64,000 bases of DNA, taken from a virus. This document shows, in pieces, positions 17,338-27,547 of this stretch. Location: IMG/VR virus record IMGVR_UViG_3300018053_000002, positions 10,063-74,062 of that record. One strand, given 5' to 3'. A program made the translations under genes and the position numbers. Below the pieces are notes generated by a model, which saw nothing but the letters and a program-made list of their open reading frames with translations, was not told the DNA's origin and made no database searches. Numbering within the stretch: position 1 is the stretch's first letter; the number at the start of each line of letters is the position of its first letter.

Positions 17338-18821
17338 GCACCGCCACTCGCACCGCCGTTCGTGATGACGACGGCAACCGCGGGTTCGACCTGACCATGG
17401 AGGACCTGCAAAACAAGACACCGGAGGATCTGCGCGACATCATCAGCATCACGGAGGCTCACCTTCGCGAGCTGCACCAGGACGAGCGTGGTTCCCTGCG
17501 CATCCTGGACGAGGCCGAGCAGGCTGCATTCGACATTGCCATGGAGATCCGCAACGCGGCCATGGACATGCTCGACAAGCACAACGAGATCCGGTCCGTG
17601 CTCCAGCGCCGGCCAAAGTCGGTTGAGCGTGCGCTGTCCAGCATGGGCCACCGTGATGACGACCCGTACTCGAACGTGCGGCGTATGACCCATGCCGAGG
17701 CTCGTGACAAGGCACTTCGGGTGCTGGACACGCGCGAGGCTAAGTCGTCGCTCAGCGCTCCGCAGATGGACCAGGTTGAGAAGCAGGTCCGTCGGGACTC
17801 TGACATCGCCAAGCGGTTGCTGGTCACCGAGACCGAGCACTACCGCAGCGCATGGATGAAGGTTGTCACCGATCCCAACGGGATGGGTCTGCTCGACGAC
17901 GAGGAGCGTAACGCCCTTCGCGCCTACCAGGAATACCGGGCAATGTCCGAAGGTGTCACCACCGCAGGTGGATTCGGAATCCCCGTATTCATCGACCCAT
18001 CTATTATCCTCACTGCCCAGGAATCGGGCAACCCGTTCCTCACCCTGGCCCGTCAGGTCACCGTCAACACGAACGCCTGGAAAGGTGTCTCGTCCGCCGG
18101 TGTCACCTGGCAGTTCCAGGCCGAGGCGGCCACGGCCACGGACGCAAGCCCGGTGCTCGCTCAGCCGTCTGTCACAGTGTTCATGGCTCGTGGTCTGATC
18201 CCCTTCTCCATCGAGGTTGGCCAGGACTACCCGTCCTTCGCCGACGAGATGGCGACTCTGCTCGCGGCCGGTTACGACGAGCTGCTCGTGGACAAGTTCA
18301 CGCGCGGCTCTGGCTCCAACGAGCCGAGGGGCATCCTCACGGCCCTGTCCGCCAACACAAACGTCCGCATCACGCTGACGACTTCTGGCTCCATCGGTTC
18401 GCCTGACCCGTACAAGGTGTGGGCGGCCCTTCCCCAGAAATTCCGTCGTCGCGCCAACTGGCTTATGTCGGTTGACGTCAACAACAAGTTCCGCCAGCTC
18501 GGTACTGCGAACGTGTTCCATGCGTACACGCAGAACCTTCCGGCGGAATGGGCGGACATTCTGTTCGGTAAGGGTGTCTACGAGAGCCCGTACATGCCGG
18601 ACTCGACCACCTCGACCTCTGCGACGACTGGTCTGGCCGTCGTTGGGGACTGGCAGAACTACGTCCTGGCCCGGCGCGGCGGCATGACCGTCGAGCTGAT
18701 CCAGAACTTGGTTGACGTGACCACCAACATGCCGACCGGCCAGCGCGCCTGGTTCGGGTACGCACGTATCGGTGGCAACTCGGTCAACGACCTCGGCTTC
18801 CGGCTGTTGGTCAACACCTGA
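17334..18821 (+). CDS. major capsid protein (HK97 fold, with delta domain)
   Basis: Coiled-coil N-terminus; YR|AMS...GGFGIP; GSGSNEPRGI; VVGDW; ARIGG. Confidence 0.93.
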   Translation: MSTATRTAVRDDDGNRGFDLTMEDLQNKTPEDLRDIISITEAHLRELHQDERGSLRILDEAEQAAFDIAMEIRNAAMDMLDKHNEIRSVLQRRPKSVERALSSMGHRDDDPYSNVRRMTHAEARDKALRVLDTREAKSSLSAPQMDQVEKQVRRDSDIAKRLLVTETEHYRSAWMKVVTDPNGMGLLDDEERNALRAYQEYRAMSEGVTTAGGFGIPVFIDPSIILTAQESGNPFLTLARQVTVNTNAWKGVSSAGVTWQFQAEAATATDASPVLAQPSVTVFMARGLIPFSIEVGQDYPSFADEMATLLAAGYDELLVDKFTRGSGSNEPRGILTALSANTNVRITLTTSGSIGSPDPYKVWAALPQKFRRRANWLMSVDVNNKFRQLGTANVFHAYTQNLPAEWADILFGKGVYESPYMPDSTTSTSATTGLAVVGDWQNYVLARRGGMTVELIQNLVDVTTNMPTGQRAWFGYARIGGNSVNDLGFRLLVNT

Positions 18822-18839
18822 TCCTTCTCCCCCTTCCCC

Positions 18840-18889
18840 GTCGAGGAGTCCCGAGCTATTTCCCCCTCTGTGGCTCGGGACTCCTCGAC
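18840..18889 (+). terminator. strong hairpin after capsid gene
   Basis: GTCGAGGAGTCCCGAGC / GCTCGGGACTCCTCGAC. Confidence 0.7.
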
Positions 18890-18907
18890 ACCCTTAAAGG
18901 AGCACTC

Positions 18908-19213
18908 ATGTCCGACGCGACCACCAAGGCTGAAGAAAAGGCCGAGGCTAAGGCTGAAGCCAAGGCCGAGGCTGCCGAGATCAAGAAGGCCGAGGTTGAG
19001 GCTAAGGCTGAAGCCAAGGCGGCTGCCGAGCTGGCTCCGGCGTCGGACTCCGGCGACCCGGACGTACATCACCTGCTCGCGCAGCGCCAGGCCCACGAGA
19101 TGAACGTGGCCACCCTCATGACGCCGGTCGACGAGGCTGCGGTCAAGGCGTCTAAGGACGCGATCGAGGCCATTGACGACCAGCTTGCCAAGCTCGGAGT
19201 CAGTGCGAAATGA
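18908..19213 (+). CDS. Ala/Glu/Lys-rich hypothetical protein
   Basis: AAGGAG RBS; AEAK repeats. Confidence 0.75.
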   Translation: MSDATTKAEEKAEAKAEAKAEAAEIKKAEVEAKAEAKAAAELAPASDSGDPDVHHLLAQRQAHEMNVATLMTPVDEAAVKASKDAIEAIDDQLAKLGVSAK

Positions 19214-19446
19214 AGGTTGTATACGCACGGGCGCGGTTCATTCCGGGTGGTTACGGCGGCGTGGTGGAGTTCGGTACCCACTGGCCGGCAGACGATCCGA
19301 TAGTCGCGGCGCACCCAGATATGTTCTCGGCCGACCCGGGCTTTGGGTTGGCGTACTCCGTCCCGCCAGCAGAGTTGCTGGACCCACCCGTCGAGATGGC
19401 CAGTGCGGCGCCAGGTGAGAGGCGCGCGGCGGTCAGACGTTCGTAA
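19210..19446 (+). CDS. hypothetical head-region protein
   Basis: ATGA overlap; VEMASAAPGERR C-terminus. Confidence 0.7.
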   Translation: MKVVYARARFIPGGYGGVVEFGTHWPADDPIVAAHPDMFSADPGFGLAYSVPPAELLDPPVEMASAAPGERRAAVRRS

Positions 19447-19514
19447 TCGCCTCCGGCCCCGGCTGCTTGGAATGGTCGGCTGGGGCCGGAGGTCAACCAT
19501 TCCGGAGGATCAGC

Positions 19515-20378
19515 TTGAACGCGTTATCGCTTGCGTCGATGGGAATCGACGAGTCAGTAGAGATTCAGCCCGAACCACAACCACAACCCGCACAACCACA
19601 ACCACAACCTGAGCTTGACGACCTACCGGACCGGTCTGAGTCCGTCGCGCTCGCGTATGTCTGCGGCAACCAGGTGGCCTACTCGTGGCACGTGAGCATG
19701 TGGCAGCTCGACCGGTACGACATCGCCAACCATGGTCGGATTGTGCGCGGTGGGCTCATCCCGATGCGGCACGGCAGTGATGGCCTGGTGGAGGCCCGCA
19801 ACAGGGTGATCCAGGAGTTCCTTGGAGATGATCGGGCGGACTGGTTGTTCTGGGTCGATACCGACATGGCCTTCGAGCCGGACACAGTAGATCGGCTGTT
19901 CCAGGCTGCCGACCCGATCGAGCGGCCCATGGTAGGGGCATTGTGCTTCTCCCAGCGTGAGGTCGAGACGGACGGAATAGGTGGCTGGCGCACCCTGGCC
20001 ACGCCGACTGTCTTCTACTGGGCTCACGACGGTGACCAGCAGGGCTTTGCTGTCCGTTGGGACTATCCCTCGAACACGGTCGTTCGTTGTGGCGGGACCG
20101 GCGCCGCGTGCGTGCTGATACACCGGTCGGTGTTCGAGCGGGTGGCCGATAAGTACGGGCCTATCTGGTACGACCGAGTACCCAACACGACCACCGGACA
20201 ACTGGTTGGGGAGGACCTCTCGTTCTGCTTGAGGGTGGGTGCGCTCGACATCCCGATTCACGTGCACACCGGTGTTCGGACGACGCACCTTAAACCGGTC
20301 TGGCTCTCTGAAGAGACCTATTGGCGCGAGCGGGCTCTGGAACCCCCACCGGCGAAGCTCGGTGAGGTCGATGGCTGA
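19515..20378 (+). CDS. glycosyltransferase (GT-A fold)
   Basis: ARN, WLFWVDTDM (DxD), GEDLSFC. Confidence 0.85.
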   Translation: MNALSLASMGIDESVEIQPEPQPQPAQPQPQPELDDLPDRSESVALAYVCGNQVAYSWHVSMWQLDRYDIANHGRIVRGGLIPMRHGSDGLVEARNRVIQEFLGDDRADWLFWVDTDMAFEPDTVDRLFQAADPIERPMVGALCFSQREVETDGIGGWRTLATPTVFYWAHDGDQQGFAVRWDYPSNTVVRCGGTGAACVLIHRSVFERVADKYGPIWYDRVPNTTTGQLVGEDLSFCLRVGALDIPIHVHTGVRTTHLKPVWLSEETYWRERALEPPPAKLGEVDG

Positions 20379-21042
20379 GCTACTGATGCTCGTACCTTCA
20401 CGTGGCCGTCCGGACAATATCGTTGCCCTGCTGGAGTCCTGGCAGGTCACCTCGGGTGGAGCGGCGGAACTGCTCGTTGCGGTCGACGACGATGACCCCG
20501 AGCTGGACCGGTACCGCGCGCTCGACGTCAGCCTGGAGGTCGGACCGCGGCTGCGGCTGGGGCCCACGCTCAACAAGCTCGCCGTCGAGCGGGCGCGCGA
20601 CCACTTCGCGATCGGGTTCCTTGGAGACGACCACCGGCTGCGTACGAAGGGCTGGGACCAGTTCATCGTCAAGGAGCTGCACGATCTCGGTACCGGCATC
20701 GTCTACGGTGACGACCTCCTGCAACGGGAGCGGCTCCCCACCGCGGTGGCGATGACCTCGGACATCATCACGACGCTGGGCTACATGGTTCCGCCGGGGC
20801 TGATCCATATGTACGCGGACAACGCCTGGCTGGTGCTCGGTAAGGAACTGGGGCGTATCCGCTACCTGCCTGACGTCGTGATCGAGCATATGCATCCTAT
20901 CGCCGGCAAGGCGCCCGTGGACGTCGGGTATGCCGAGGTGAACTCGCCTGGAATGTACGCGCGGGATGGGGCTGTCTTCCAGCGGTGGCTACGGGAGCGT
21001 ATGTCGACCGACGTGGCGCGGCTCAAGGAGATCCTCCAGTGA
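20371..21042 (+). CDS. glycosyltransferase (GT-A fold)
   Basis: VPSRGRP, VDDDD, LGDDH, YADN, EHMHP. Confidence 0.85.
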   Translation: MAELLMLVPSRGRPDNIVALLESWQVTSGGAAELLVAVDDDDPELDRYRALDVSLEVGPRLRLGPTLNKLAVERARDHFAIGFLGDDHRLRTKGWDQFIVKELHDLGTGIVYGDDLLQRERLPTAVAMTSDIITTLGYMVPPGLIHMYADNAWLVLGKELGRIRYLPDVVIEHMHPIAGKAPVDVGYAEVNSPGMYARDGAVFQRWLRERMSTDVARLKEILQ

Positions 21043-21608
21043 TGCGCCAGCGTTTGCGGCCGATGCCGACCGCGGAAGACCTGGCCGTCCTCTACGCTCA
21101 ACCCCACCAGCACGAGCGGTGGATCGATCACAAGATCCGTGTCGACGTGACGACCACCCTGGCCGGGCGAATGCTGCGTGATCGCGGTGTTGTGGCCGAT
21201 CTCTCGTGCGGGGACGCCGCCATCGCCCGACGGCTGGCCCGTACTCACGGCGCCCGGCTGATCCTCGGTGACCTCGCGCCCGGCTACGAGCGCACCGGCC
21301 CGATTGAGACCACTATCCATACCTTGTCGCGCCGGCAGGCTGATCTGTTCATCTGCTCTGAGACGATCGAGCACCTTGACGACCCGGACGCGGTATTGAC
21401 GGTGATCCGTGAGAAGACCGATTACCTGATCCTGTCCACACCCGACGGCGAAACCGATGACCGGAATCCCGAGCATATCTGGGGCTGGGATGCCGAGGCC
21501 GTCGAGAAGATACTCCGGGACGCCGGGTTCACGCCACTGATCCACAACACACTGGACTTTCGTCCGGCTGGCTACCAGTACGCCTATCAGATCTGGACAT
21601 GCCGATGA
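21039..21608 (+). CDS. class I SAM-dependent methyltransferase
   Basis: DLSCGDA; SETIEHLDDP; STP. Confidence 0.85.
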   Translation: MMRQRLRPMPTAEDLAVLYAQPHQHERWIDHKIRVDVTTTLAGRMLRDRGVVADLSCGDAAIARRLARTHGARLILGDLAPGYERTGPIETTIHTLSRRQADLFICSETIEHLDDPDAVLTVIREKTDYLILSTPDGETDDRNPEHIWGWDAEAVEKILRDAGFTPLIHNTLDFRPAGYQYAYQIWTCR

Positions 21609-22177
21609 CCGAGTGGAAGCTCTACCAGGGTGACGTGGCGCACGTGTCGACATCCGAGTTCCACGAGCACCGTGAACGTGCCACGCATCTGGAGCAGGAA
21701 GTTCATCGACCTCGGCTGGAGCACGCGGCACAGCTCGTGCGCATGGTCGGACAATCGGTTTCCGACCTTGGATGTGGCGACGGCGGGCTACTGTCCTTGA
21801 TCCCGGATCTGGACGCCTGGGGCTACGACTTCGCGCCAGCCAATGTGGCCGGGTGGGACGAGCGCGGCGTTCGGGCGGAATTCCTGGACGTGTTCGGTGC
21901 CGACCGGGACAAGGTTGTATTCGGTGTGACCACCGTGGTCACCGAGGTGCTCGAACATCTCACCGACCCGCACGCTGAGCTGCGTTGGATCGTCCGGCAC
22001 TCCCCGTTCATCGTCGCGTCCTCACCGTGGACCGAGAACGACCAGCACCACGACGAGTGCCACGCTTGGGCCTGGGATCAGAACGGCTACCGGGATCTGG
22101 TCGAACAGGCGGGTTACCGGGTGCTGCGTCATGACCTCGTCAACCAGTTCCAGATCATCCTGGGGATGCAGGCATGA
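21605..22177 (+). CDS. class I SAM-dependent methyltransferase
   Basis: DLGCGDG; TEVLEHLTDP. Confidence 0.85.
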   Translation: MTEWKLYQGDVAHVSTSEFHEHRERATHLEQEVHRPRLEHAAQLVRMVGQSVSDLGCGDGGLLSLIPDLDAWGYDFAPANVAGWDERGVRAEFLDVFGADRDKVVFGVTTVVTEVLEHLTDPHAELRWIVRHSPFIVASSPWTENDQHHDECHAWAWDQNGYRDLVEQAGYRVLRHDLVNQFQIILGMQA

Positions 22178-23037
22178 AGGCCCTGGTAACCGGCAGTGCC
22201 GGGTTCATCGGTCGGCACTTCGCCACCGAGCTTGCCTCCCGTGGCTACCGGGTGACCTCGTGTGATGTGGACTCGGTCCAGGACGCGTTCACCCGGTTCC
22301 GGCGCAATGACACCCAGTTTGATCTGGTGGTACACGCTGCCGCCCGTGAGCCGCACCGTGCCGCTATCGAGGGGCAACCGGCTACGTTCCCTTACAACGT
22401 CGCGCTGGATGCGTCCATGTTCGACTGGGCGGTCCGGACGGGGCAGGGCCGGGTGCTCTACCTCTCCTCGTCGGCGGTCTACCCGGTGGACACGCAGACC
22501 GGCAACCCCGCCATGTCTCTGCTTGAAGACCTCGTGGTGCTCGACTCCGCTGAGGAGCCCGACGCGCGCTACGGCTGGGCGAAGCTGACCGGGGAACGGA
22601 TGGCGGTCGCGGCGAGTGAAGCCGGACTGGCCGTGCACGTCGTAAGGCCCTTCAGCGGTTATGGAGAGGACCAGGACGAGCGTTGGCCGTTCGGTGCACT
22701 CATGGGCCGGGCCCGGCGCCGGGAGGACCCGTACGTTATCTGGGGGCCCGGTATCCAGGTACGGGACTGGGTTCACGTCGATGATGTCGTCGCGGCGTCG
22801 CTGGCCGTGATCGAGGCCGACGTCCTGGGGCCGGTCAACATCTGTACGGGTATCGGCACGTCGATGTTGGACCTGGCGGCCATGGCCTGCGAGCGGGTCG
22901 GCTATAGCCCGCGCTTCGAGCTGCATCGGGAAGCACCTACCGGCGTCATGTACCGGGTCGGTGACCCCACGCGGATGCAGGAGCACTACGTGCCGAAGAT
23001 CGGCCTGGACGAAGGTGTCTCGCGCGCTCTCGCCTGA
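22174..23037 (+). CDS. NAD-dependent epimerase/dehydratase
   Basis: GSAGFIG; SSSAVY; YGWAK (YxxxK); RDWVHVDD. Confidence 0.92.
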   Translation: MKALVTGSAGFIGRHFATELASRGYRVTSCDVDSVQDAFTRFRRNDTQFDLVVHAAAREPHRAAIEGQPATFPYNVALDASMFDWAVRTGQGRVLYLSSSAVYPVDTQTGNPAMSLLEDLVVLDSAEEPDARYGWAKLTGERMAVAASEAGLAVHVVRPFSGYGEDQDERWPFGALMGRARRREDPYVIWGPGIQVRDWVHVDDVVAASLAVIEADVLGPVNICTGIGTSMLDLAAMACERVGYSPRFELHREAPTGVMYRVGDPTRMQEHYVPKIGLDEGVSRALA

Positions 23038-23554
23038 CATCACGGTCATCACGCCGACCGTGCCGGGCCGGGAAACTCTGCTCAATGAATGTGTCGCCAG
23101 TGTTGAGGCTGTCGGTCTGAAGCACCTGGTCCAGCTCGACGTCGAGCATAAGGGCCCCGTTGCGGTACGCAACCGACTGATTCAGCAGGTGGCTACTAAG
23201 TGGACTCTTTTCCTCGACGACGACGACCTGCTTTACCCCGGTTATCTCACGACCGTGCGCGCGCACCTGGCAACGGCCGACGTCGTCTACACGGCCTGGG
23301 ACCTGTCCGGTGCCGATGAGCCCCAACCACACCCCTGGTTCGATGCCGAGCTGCTACTGGTGCGCAACTTCATCCCCGTGACTGCGTGCGTGAGAACGGT
23401 GGCGCTGCGCGCGGTGGGCGGTTTCCCGGATGCGCGGTTCGAGGACCACGAGCTGTGGAAGCTGCTCCTGGCTCGCGGATACCGCTTTACGTATGTCCCG
23501 GTCGTCGCCTGGTGCTACCGGAGATTTCCTGGCTCACGATCGGAGATGCGATGA
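23015..23554 (+). CDS. glycosyltransferase family 2
   Basis: ITVITPT; RN; FLDDDD; VGGF...EDHELW. Confidence 0.85.
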   Translation: MSRALSPDITVITPTVPGRETLLNECVASVEAVGLKHLVQLDVEHKGPVAVRNRLIQQVATKWTLFLDDDDLLYPGYLTTVRAHLATADVVYTAWDLSGADEPQPHPWFDAELLLVRNFIPVTACVRTVALRAVGGFPDARFEDHELWKLLLARGYRFTYVPVVAWCYRRFPGSRSEMR

Positions 23555-24186
23555 CTGCCGTCATTACCGACCTCTGCAAGAATGCGCTGCTTGACAGTGC
23601 GGTGGCGGCTGGGCTTAACACCACCCCGCATATGTCGTTGCATACCGGCTTCCCACCAGCGGGTGGCAACGAGCTGACCGGTGGCTCCCCGGCGTACGCG
23701 CGGCAACCGTTCACCTGGAATGCCGCTGGCTCTGGTGCGAGATCGATTGCCGCGAGCGAGACGTTTGATGTCGCGGCCGGTACCACCGTCCGGTCCGTGG
23801 CCGTCTACGACGCGCTCACCTCCGGCACGCAGAAGTGCTGGAGTCCGGCCGGTGCGTCGGCGAGACGAGCATTTGCCGTTATTGCCGCCGACCTGGCCGG
23901 TAACACGATCCAAAGCCCAGCGCATGGCCTGACCACCAATGACCGGGTTTTGTTTTGGCCGACTATCGGTGCCGCGCTGCCGACCGGATTGTCGGAGGAT
24001 ACCGAATACTTCGTCATCGCTGCGGGCCTGACCACTGACGTGTTTGAGGTGTCTACCACTCAGGGCGGCTCGGCCGTGGATATTACCGCCATTGGTGACG
24101 GTGACGTTCAGAAATACGTGGCGGAAGTGTTCGCCGGCCAGGGCACCTATCAGGTTTCAACCTTCACTGTTTCGCTGCCGGGCTAA
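23551..24186 (+). CDS. virion structural protein
   Basis: LHTGFP...NELTGG.PAYARQ; HGLTTNDRV...LPTGL; position. Confidence 0.7.
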   Translation: MTAVITDLCKNALLDSAVAAGLNTTPHMSLHTGFPPAGGNELTGGSPAYARQPFTWNAAGSGARSIAASETFDVAAGTTVRSVAVYDALTSGTQKCWSPAGASARRAFAVIAADLAGNTIQSPAHGLTTNDRVLFWPTIGAALPTGLSEDTEYFVIAAGLTTDVFEVSTTQGGSAVDITAIGDGDVQKYVAEVFAGQGTYQVSTFTVSLPG

Positions 24187-24197
24187 GAGGAGCTGAC

Positions 24198-24734
24198 ATG
24201 CCACGCCAGTATTGGGGTGCTCCGCTCCCACCGTTGCACATCCTCGACGGGGCGGCGTACAACACATCGGTCACGCTCACCGACGTGTCCCGGGCGCCAC
24301 AGAAACAGTTCGCGGCGATGCAACTCGAAGAGGGCACCGAACTTGAGTTGAGTGCCCATGGTCTGTTCTCTAACACGGGCACACCCACGTTGTTGTTGGG
24401 TTTCTACTACGGCGGTGTTGCGGGTGTGGCGCTGGCCGCGACCTCGGCAATCACGACGACCACTGGCGCGGCGTCCTGGCCATGGCGGCTCTACTACCGG
24501 GGCCGCGTCCGGGCGACTGGCACATCCGGGTCAATCAACGGTGACGGGTACATCATGCTCGGCACCTCCTTGCTCGCGTTTACAGTGCGGCCGATCCCGG
24601 AAACCTTAGCGGCGCGGACGGTGACAATCGACACCACGATCGTCAAAACACTCACCGTGGGCGCTCAGTGGGGTACCAGCTCAGCGAGCAACACACTTAC
24701 CTGTAACGACCTTTCCGTCGTCCTGATCAGCTAG
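24198..24734 (+). CDS. probable virion structural protein
   Basis: GAGGAG RBS; Thr/Gly-rich, beta-type composition. Confidence 0.65.
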   Translation: MPRQYWGAPLPPLHILDGAAYNTSVTLTDVSRAPQKQFAAMQLEEGTELELSAHGLFSNTGTPTLLLGFYYGGVAGVALAATSAITTTTGAASWPWRLYYRGRVRATGTSGSINGDGYIMLGTSLLAFTVRPIPETLAARTVTIDTTIVKTLTVGAQWGTSSASNTLTCNDLSVVLIS

Positions 24735-24740
24735 GAGGAG

Positions 24741-25049
24741 TTGGCTGTGGCCATCGGTTACCCGATCACCAAGATCGGACTTGACAATACCATGGGCGGT
24801 CTGGTCGTGGGGCTCCGCGACGCCCTTAACGCCTGTGTGGCATTTAAGGCGAACCTGGACGACACGGCCATTCTGCCTGACGCGGTTCTTACCTCGCTGG
24901 GCTATGGCAGCGGTGAGATCACCACGATTCGAGCGTCGTTTACCGACCTGAAGAAGCTCTCCGACATTGCTCGGGCGGCAGCGACCCAGTCACCGGCCTC
25001 GGACTTCTGGTTCAACGCCAAGCTGCTCGCCGGCACGAACCTTCACTAG
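24741..25049 (+). CDS. hypothetical protein
   Basis: AGGAGGAG RBS; in operon. Confidence 0.65.
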   Translation: MAVAIGYPITKIGLDNTMGGLVVGLRDALNACVAFKANLDDTAILPDAVLTSLGYGSGEITTIRASFTDLKKLSDIARAAATQSPASDFWFNAKLLAGTNLH

Positions 25050-25069
25050 CCCGCCCGGGGGGCTGAGCC

Positions 25070-27547
25070 GTGGGCCTGCTCATTGACATCTCGTCCCCGG
25101 CCATCGCGACAGGCAACCCGACCGCCACCACCGCCTCGTTCACTCCGCCCGACGACTCACTGTTGGTTGTCGCTTTCAGCGGCAACGACTCGGTTGCCTT
25201 CATGGCTGCCCCGAGTATCACCGACAGCCTCGGTACGCATCTCACCTACACCCGTACCGACTGGATTAACCGCAACGACACCGGCATCAACGGTCAAGCC
25301 GCGATCTGGACAGCCCCGGTCGTAACCGGCGCGGCGATGACGGTCTCCGTGACCAACGGCGACGGCGCCACCGCGCGACACTGCGCTATCCGGGTGTGGG
25401 TACTGACCGGCGCTGAGCCGACCACTCCGGTTGGCGCCCACGGTGGCGCCGCGTCAGCGTCCGCGGCGGCGATTGCCCAGTCCTACACGGCGCAGGGCGA
25501 TGGTGGGCAAGGGTTCCTGGTCTCCTGCGACTGGGACGCTCTCGGCGCCGACACCGCCGGGACCGGTTGCACACTGGACGGGTCGGCGACCATCCCCACC
25601 AACCAGATCTCCTACGCGTTTGAACACCGCACCTTCGCCGACGACTCCATCGGCGGTTTGAACACTCTGAACCTGACCCTGCCCGGAACCTCAACCAACC
25701 TCTCCTGGGCCTATATCGAGATCCTCCCGATGGTCGGCGACGATCCCGAGAAGGACCCACCGCCGTTCGTCATGTGGCGTCCGCCCGGTGAGGGTTTGGC
25801 CCCTAACGGGGTGTGGAGTCCATGGCTGGGAACAGCCAACGAAGGGCCACCCGACACAGGGTTGCGCATTGACGGCAGCGGCCCCGGCGCGGTCACCCAA
25901 ACCGACGGCACCGTCATCGCGCTTACCACCGCTTCATTCACCCCACCGGCCGGGTCGCTGCTGCTCATCTTGTGGGCGGGCAACTCCGTCAACGGGGTCA
26001 ACCCGTCTCAGCCGACGATCACTGACAGTCTCGGCACACCGCTGACCTACACCCGCTCAGACTGGCAGTCGCGCGCTGACGCACCCACCGTCGATGGGCA
26101 GGCCGCGGCCTGGACCGCTCCGGTGATTACCGCGGCACCGATGACGGTAACGGTCAGCAACAACGCGGCCAGCGGGTCCCGGCAAGCCGCGTTTCAGGTG
26201 CTGGTACTGACCAACGAGGCGGCCTCACCGGTCGGCGCCCACGGCAAGGCTGGTTCCGTCTCAGGCGCGATCATCACCCAGACGTACACCGCCCAGGCCA
26301 CCCTCGGCCAAGGTTTCATCGCCGTCAGTGACTGGTCCGCAACCGGCACACCCAAGGCCGGCACCGACTGCTATCTAGCCAACGTCAATGCCGCGGGTAC
26401 CATCCCAACCAACCAACTGTCGTATGGGTTCTTCAAACGGACCATCCCCGACGATGTCAACACCGTCAACAACCGCCTGAACGTCTCCCTGGCCGGCACC
26501 TCCACCGCACTGGCCTGGGTTTACATCGAAATTCTGCCGCTAGTTGTTAGTGGGCCGAGTGGGGCCGGAGTCACCCCGCAGCACACCGAAATTGTCAACA
26601 CCATCCGCAAGCAGGCCAACGCCGATACGGCAGTCACCCAACGTGCCGCAGTCGTTGCCACCGGCGTCAAGAACGCCAGCACCGGAACCATCACCAGTCA
26701 GCACACCACCACCCAACCAACCGGGCTGAAACAAGCCCAAGCCGCCGGGGCCACGGTTGGGCACACCACCACCCAACCAACCGGGCTGAAACAAGCTCAA
26801 GCCGCCGGGGCCACGGTTGGGCACAACGTCACCCAGTCCACCGGCACCTCTGCTGCTCCGGTCATCGGTTCTGGCAGCACTGTTCAGCGCAACACCACGG
26901 CTGTTACCAGCTTCAAGGTCGGCGTCGGTACGGGTCGTTCATCGGCTCGGGCCACCACTGTGGCAACCGGCCGGAAGCAAGCCGTTGCAACCGGCGCGAC
27001 TGTCCAGCGCAGCACCGGTACCGGCACTGTCCGGAAGCAGGCCATCGCAACCGGCGCGACTGTTCAGCGCAGCACGGACACCAACACCGTTCGCAAGCAG
27101 GGCATCAGCACCAACACGACCTCGGTCCATCCGCTGACCTTGGCCACTGCTCCTACCCCCGTGGTCGGTGCCGGCCTGACGGTCGTGCACCAGGTCACCA
27201 CCGCGACCGGCAAGCGTAGTGCAGTCGCCACCTCGGTTACCCACCCTCACGTAGCAACCACGTGCACCGGGAAACGGTCAGCTATCGGGGTCGGACGGAC
27301 CTCGGTTTATCCGGTCACGAGAGCAACCGGTGTCCATCAGGGTGTCGGGGTAGGGCGCGTCCCGGTCGCTGTGGCTACGCGCGTGCTGTCCAGTTCGACA
27401 CCCATTCCGGCGGATCTGCTCTACGCCACCGAGGTGGACCGCGAGCTTGTCCCGTCGGCGACCGGTGCGGCTCTTCATGGCACCGACTCTCATCCGACCT
27501 ATCGATCCACCGGATCTGGAGCCCAGCTCGTGGCGAGGGAGGACTGA
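25070..27547 (+). CDS. large virion fibre/decoration protein with duplicated domain and Thr-rich repeat stalk
   Basis: Two copies of TASFTPP...ITDSLGT.LTYTR.DW...GQAA.WTAPV...W.YIEILP; ~20-aa Thr-rich repeats, with a 60-bp tandem duplication at 26701-26825. Confidence 0.75.
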   Translation: MGLLIDISSPAIATGNPTATTASFTPPDDSLLVVAFSGNDSVAFMAAPSITDSLGTHLTYTRTDWINRNDTGINGQAAIWTAPVVTGAAMTVSVTNGDGATARHCAIRVWVLTGAEPTTPVGAHGGAASASAAAIAQSYTAQGDGGQGFLVSCDWDALGADTAGTGCTLDGSATIPTNQISYAFEHRTFADDSIGGLNTLNLTLPGTSTNLSWAYIEILPMVGDDPEKDPPPFVMWRPPGEGLAPNGVWSPWLGTANEGPPDTGLRIDGSGPGAVTQTDGTVIALTTASFTPPAGSLLLILWAGNSVNGVNPSQPTITDSLGTPLTYTRSDWQSRADAPTVDGQAAAWTAPVITAAPMTVTVSNNAASGSRQAAFQVLVLTNEAASPVGAHGKAGSVSGAIITQTYTAQATLGQGFIAVSDWSATGTPKAGTDCYLANVNAAGTIPTNQLSYGFFKRTIPDDVNTVNNRLNVSLAGTSTALAWVYIEILPLVVSGPSGAGVTPQHTEIVNTIRKQANADTAVTQRAAVVATGVKNASTGTITSQHTTTQPTGLKQAQAAGATVGHTTTQPTGLKQAQAAGATVGHNVTQSTGTSAAPVIGSGSTVQRNTTAVTSFKVGVGTGRSSARATTVATGRKQAVATGATVQRSTGTGTVRKQAIATGATVQRSTDTNTVRKQGISTNTTSVHPLTLATAPTPVVGAGLTVVHQVTTATGKRSAVATSVTHPHVATTCTGKRSAIGVGRTSVYPVTRATGVHQGVGVGRVPVAVATRVLSSSTPIPADLLYATEVDRELVPSATGAALHGTDSHPTYRSTGSGAQLVARED